Source of the DNA: Gonapodya sp. JEL0774
Lineage: Eukaryota
Assembly (NCBI GenBank): GCA_027604505.1
Contig: JADIIX010000011.1
Location: 186,001 to 250,000 of the forward strand
Direction of reading: 5' to 3'
DNA length: 64,000 nucleotides
The position numbers and the translations under genes were made by a program. Of this stretch, positions 61,922 through 64,000 are shown one piece after another; positions within the stretch are counted from its first letter, which is position 1, and every line of letters starts with the position of its first letter. The notes under the pieces are model-generated. The model did not search any database. It was given only the letters and a program-made list of their open reading frames with translations, and was not told the DNA's origin.

Positions 61922-63202
61922 ATGGACTCGTGTATCTACAATGGCGCTGTCCCCATCGAATCTTTCAATCCCGATCAATTGCAGGCTTTCCTCATCCTAC
62001 AAAGGTGGCGCGATTCTCTTATATGTGGAGTGGAAGTTTCTTCTTCGGATCTACCACGATTGCGAGAACCGGGATCTTTTCTCAACGACTCAACTCTTCA
62101 TCGTTACTTGGTCGCTCGAAATTTCTCCGCTGACAACGCACTAAAAATGCTTCAAGGAAGTCTGGAATGGAGAAGGACATCGGGATTGATACCAGAGACA
62201 CCTATTGACTTTTTGTGAGCATGCTCAGTCTTGAGGAACTTCACTAAAGCGGTAGGAACTTCAAGCACCCCCCTGTCCAGATGTGAAGTCTGCGAGAAAG
62301 TGCCAGCATCCCACTCCATTTTGCCCATCGGTGAGAATGCAAATTGGATGCCAACTAGGTGTCAATGTGCTTCACTCCATTGTCTGATATGCTTTTACAA
62401 GGATGGGACAGGGAACGGAGACCTGTTGTCTACGGGTGTCCGGCACGGGGGTGAGTAACTTTCTGCACCGAATTCGAGAGCATTCATGTAATCTTTTACT
62501 AGGGTAGATACAACTGTCCCTCATATACTACAACACTTAACGCACTGTCTGGAGAAATGCTTTCTCCATCCTCGATCGAGTGGCCAGGTGAGATCAAGTT
62601 TTGCTCAGGAGACGTGTTCTTCTACTATTTAAGTAGTCCTCTCTCTGTAGTGGGTTTGGATCGTTGACTTTAATGGGTTTGGGATTGCTCAGGCGTAGGT
62701 TCCGCTTCACCGCACTTGAAGCAGTCTTCCATCAATTCTATTGAGATTTGTTCCCAGGATGCAAACGCGCTTGGCAATAACATTTGCCACTACGTTCTCG
62801 AACCATATGCCCGAGCGACTTGGTCGAATCGTTCTCCTCAATCCACCCGCCATCTTTTCGCTTTTGAGGGCTGCAGGCAGTCAACTCATCGACAAACGAA
62901 CTATGGACAAAATGGTCATCGTGAATGGAAGTCCTGATGATGTCGTTCACCGATTAAATACAGATAAAACGCTGGAGCTCTGTCCTTTAACGGAAGTGGA
63001 GGCTAACATAGCGATGGGCCACGAAATGCGTTTGATGAACGAATGGATCGGGAGAGTTCTCAAAACGAGTACCACAGCTGAACATTTGCCAGAACTGTAC
63101 GATTCACAAGAGTTGCGTGATTTGCAACTCGTTAAAAGCGCACCGTGGAACCCGTCTTCTTGGAGAGACGTCTCAATTTTGCCGCCTTGGAAGGATTCAT
63201 AG
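61922..63202 (+). CDS. CRAL-TRIO (Sec14-like) lipid-binding protein
   Basis: DSTLHRYLVARNFSADNALKMLQGSLEWR, GWDRERRPVVY, WVWIVDFNGFG, NHMPERLGRIVLLNPPAIF. Confidence 0.9.
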
Positions 63203-63298
63203 TACTTAAGTAGAAAGCTTATACTTGATAGACGAAACATTTCATTGTGCTATGAACAGATATTTTCCTGCAACCAATCTGTTCGTTCTTTCCACACA

Positions 63299-64000
63299 TC
63301 ACTCCGCTTTCACTCCATTCACGGTAGTTTTAGGGGATATTTCGAATAAGGCCTCGAAGACACAAGTCAGTACTTTTTTTTCACAAGCACATCCATTCGA
63401 GACATTATTCAGACTCACATCCTTCATTGCCTTCGTGGTCTTTTCGATGAGTGCGTCCATGTCCTTCACCTCCAGGCCCTTTGTTTCGATTGGTTTTAAA
63501 ACCCTTACTCTGATTGTTCCTGGTGACAATACATTCGCCTTTGGACTGTAAATATTGCTGTAGTTCTGCACAACGATAGGGACGATCGGGTAGCCTCCAC
63601 CAATGGCAACGCGGAACGCACCCTTCTTCAAAGGGAGGAGGGATGGGGTCAGAGAATTCGACCTTGTTCCTTCTGGATAAATAAAGAGCTGAATGCTGGG
63701 TCATCAAGCATTGTACTGCCGACAGTGAACACTGATGCGTCACCCACTGAGAGTTTCTTCTGCGCCATTGACTTCGCCAATTTCTGTGGCCGCACCAAAT
63801 TGCAGTTAGTCAAAGAAGTCGCGAAATACAGCAATAATTGAACGTGACACCAACCGTCATAGTTGCCATGGCGTTATCGTGATTGCCGCGATCAATCAAA
63901 AAGGTTTCCGCTTTTTGTAAAGCGGTGCTCAATCTTCAACGAATGTAGACCACGGGCGGATAAACCTACTGAAAATAAGGTAGAGGTTCAAAAGTGGGAT
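63299..64000 (-). CDS. SLC1: 1-acylglycerol-3-phosphate acyltransferase (SLC1/PlsC), 5' part outside the window
   Basis: FLIDRGNH, LFIYPEGTRS, LPLKKGAFRVAI..PIVPIVV. Confidence 0.9.

Overview
Gene-dense eukaryotic DNA with many short (mostly 50-90 nt) spliceosomal introns. A CFAP92-like ciliary gene together with fungal-type housekeeping genes points to a flagellated (zoosporic) fungus; the exact lineage is an inference. I spliced the genes by hand. Recognisable genes: m-AAA protease (AFG3/YTA12 family), gamma-tubulin, Nse3/MAGE, CFAP92-like, Rab7/Ypt7, mitoribosomal uL4m, PRP38B-like, a single-pass TM-SH3 receptor-like protein, Pcf11, Rqc1/TCF25, a C2H2 transcription factor, an MT-A70 protein of the MTA9/AMT6-7 type, a TRP/FLC-like membrane protein, PDA1, an acyl-CoA synthetase, a CRAL-TRIO protein and a partial SLC1-like acyltransferase. 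Most interesting observations: (1) a small gene only visible after splicing (15569-16484, minus) encoding a putatively N-myristoylated recoverin/calcineurin-B-like EF-hand protein fused to a CAP-Gly domain, 53 nt downstream of, and potentially spliced to, a large orphan gene; (2) a family of paralogous zinc-finger genes at 27-39 kb sharing an unrecognised Cys-rich module and an identical intron position; (3) a catalytically altered MT-A70 subunit suggesting the AMT1/MTA1c 6mA DNA methylation system; (4) frequent AAG 3' splice sites and a C-to-G compositional gradient across exons. No CRISPR array, rRNA or tRNA was seen. All coordinates of spliced genes are manual models.
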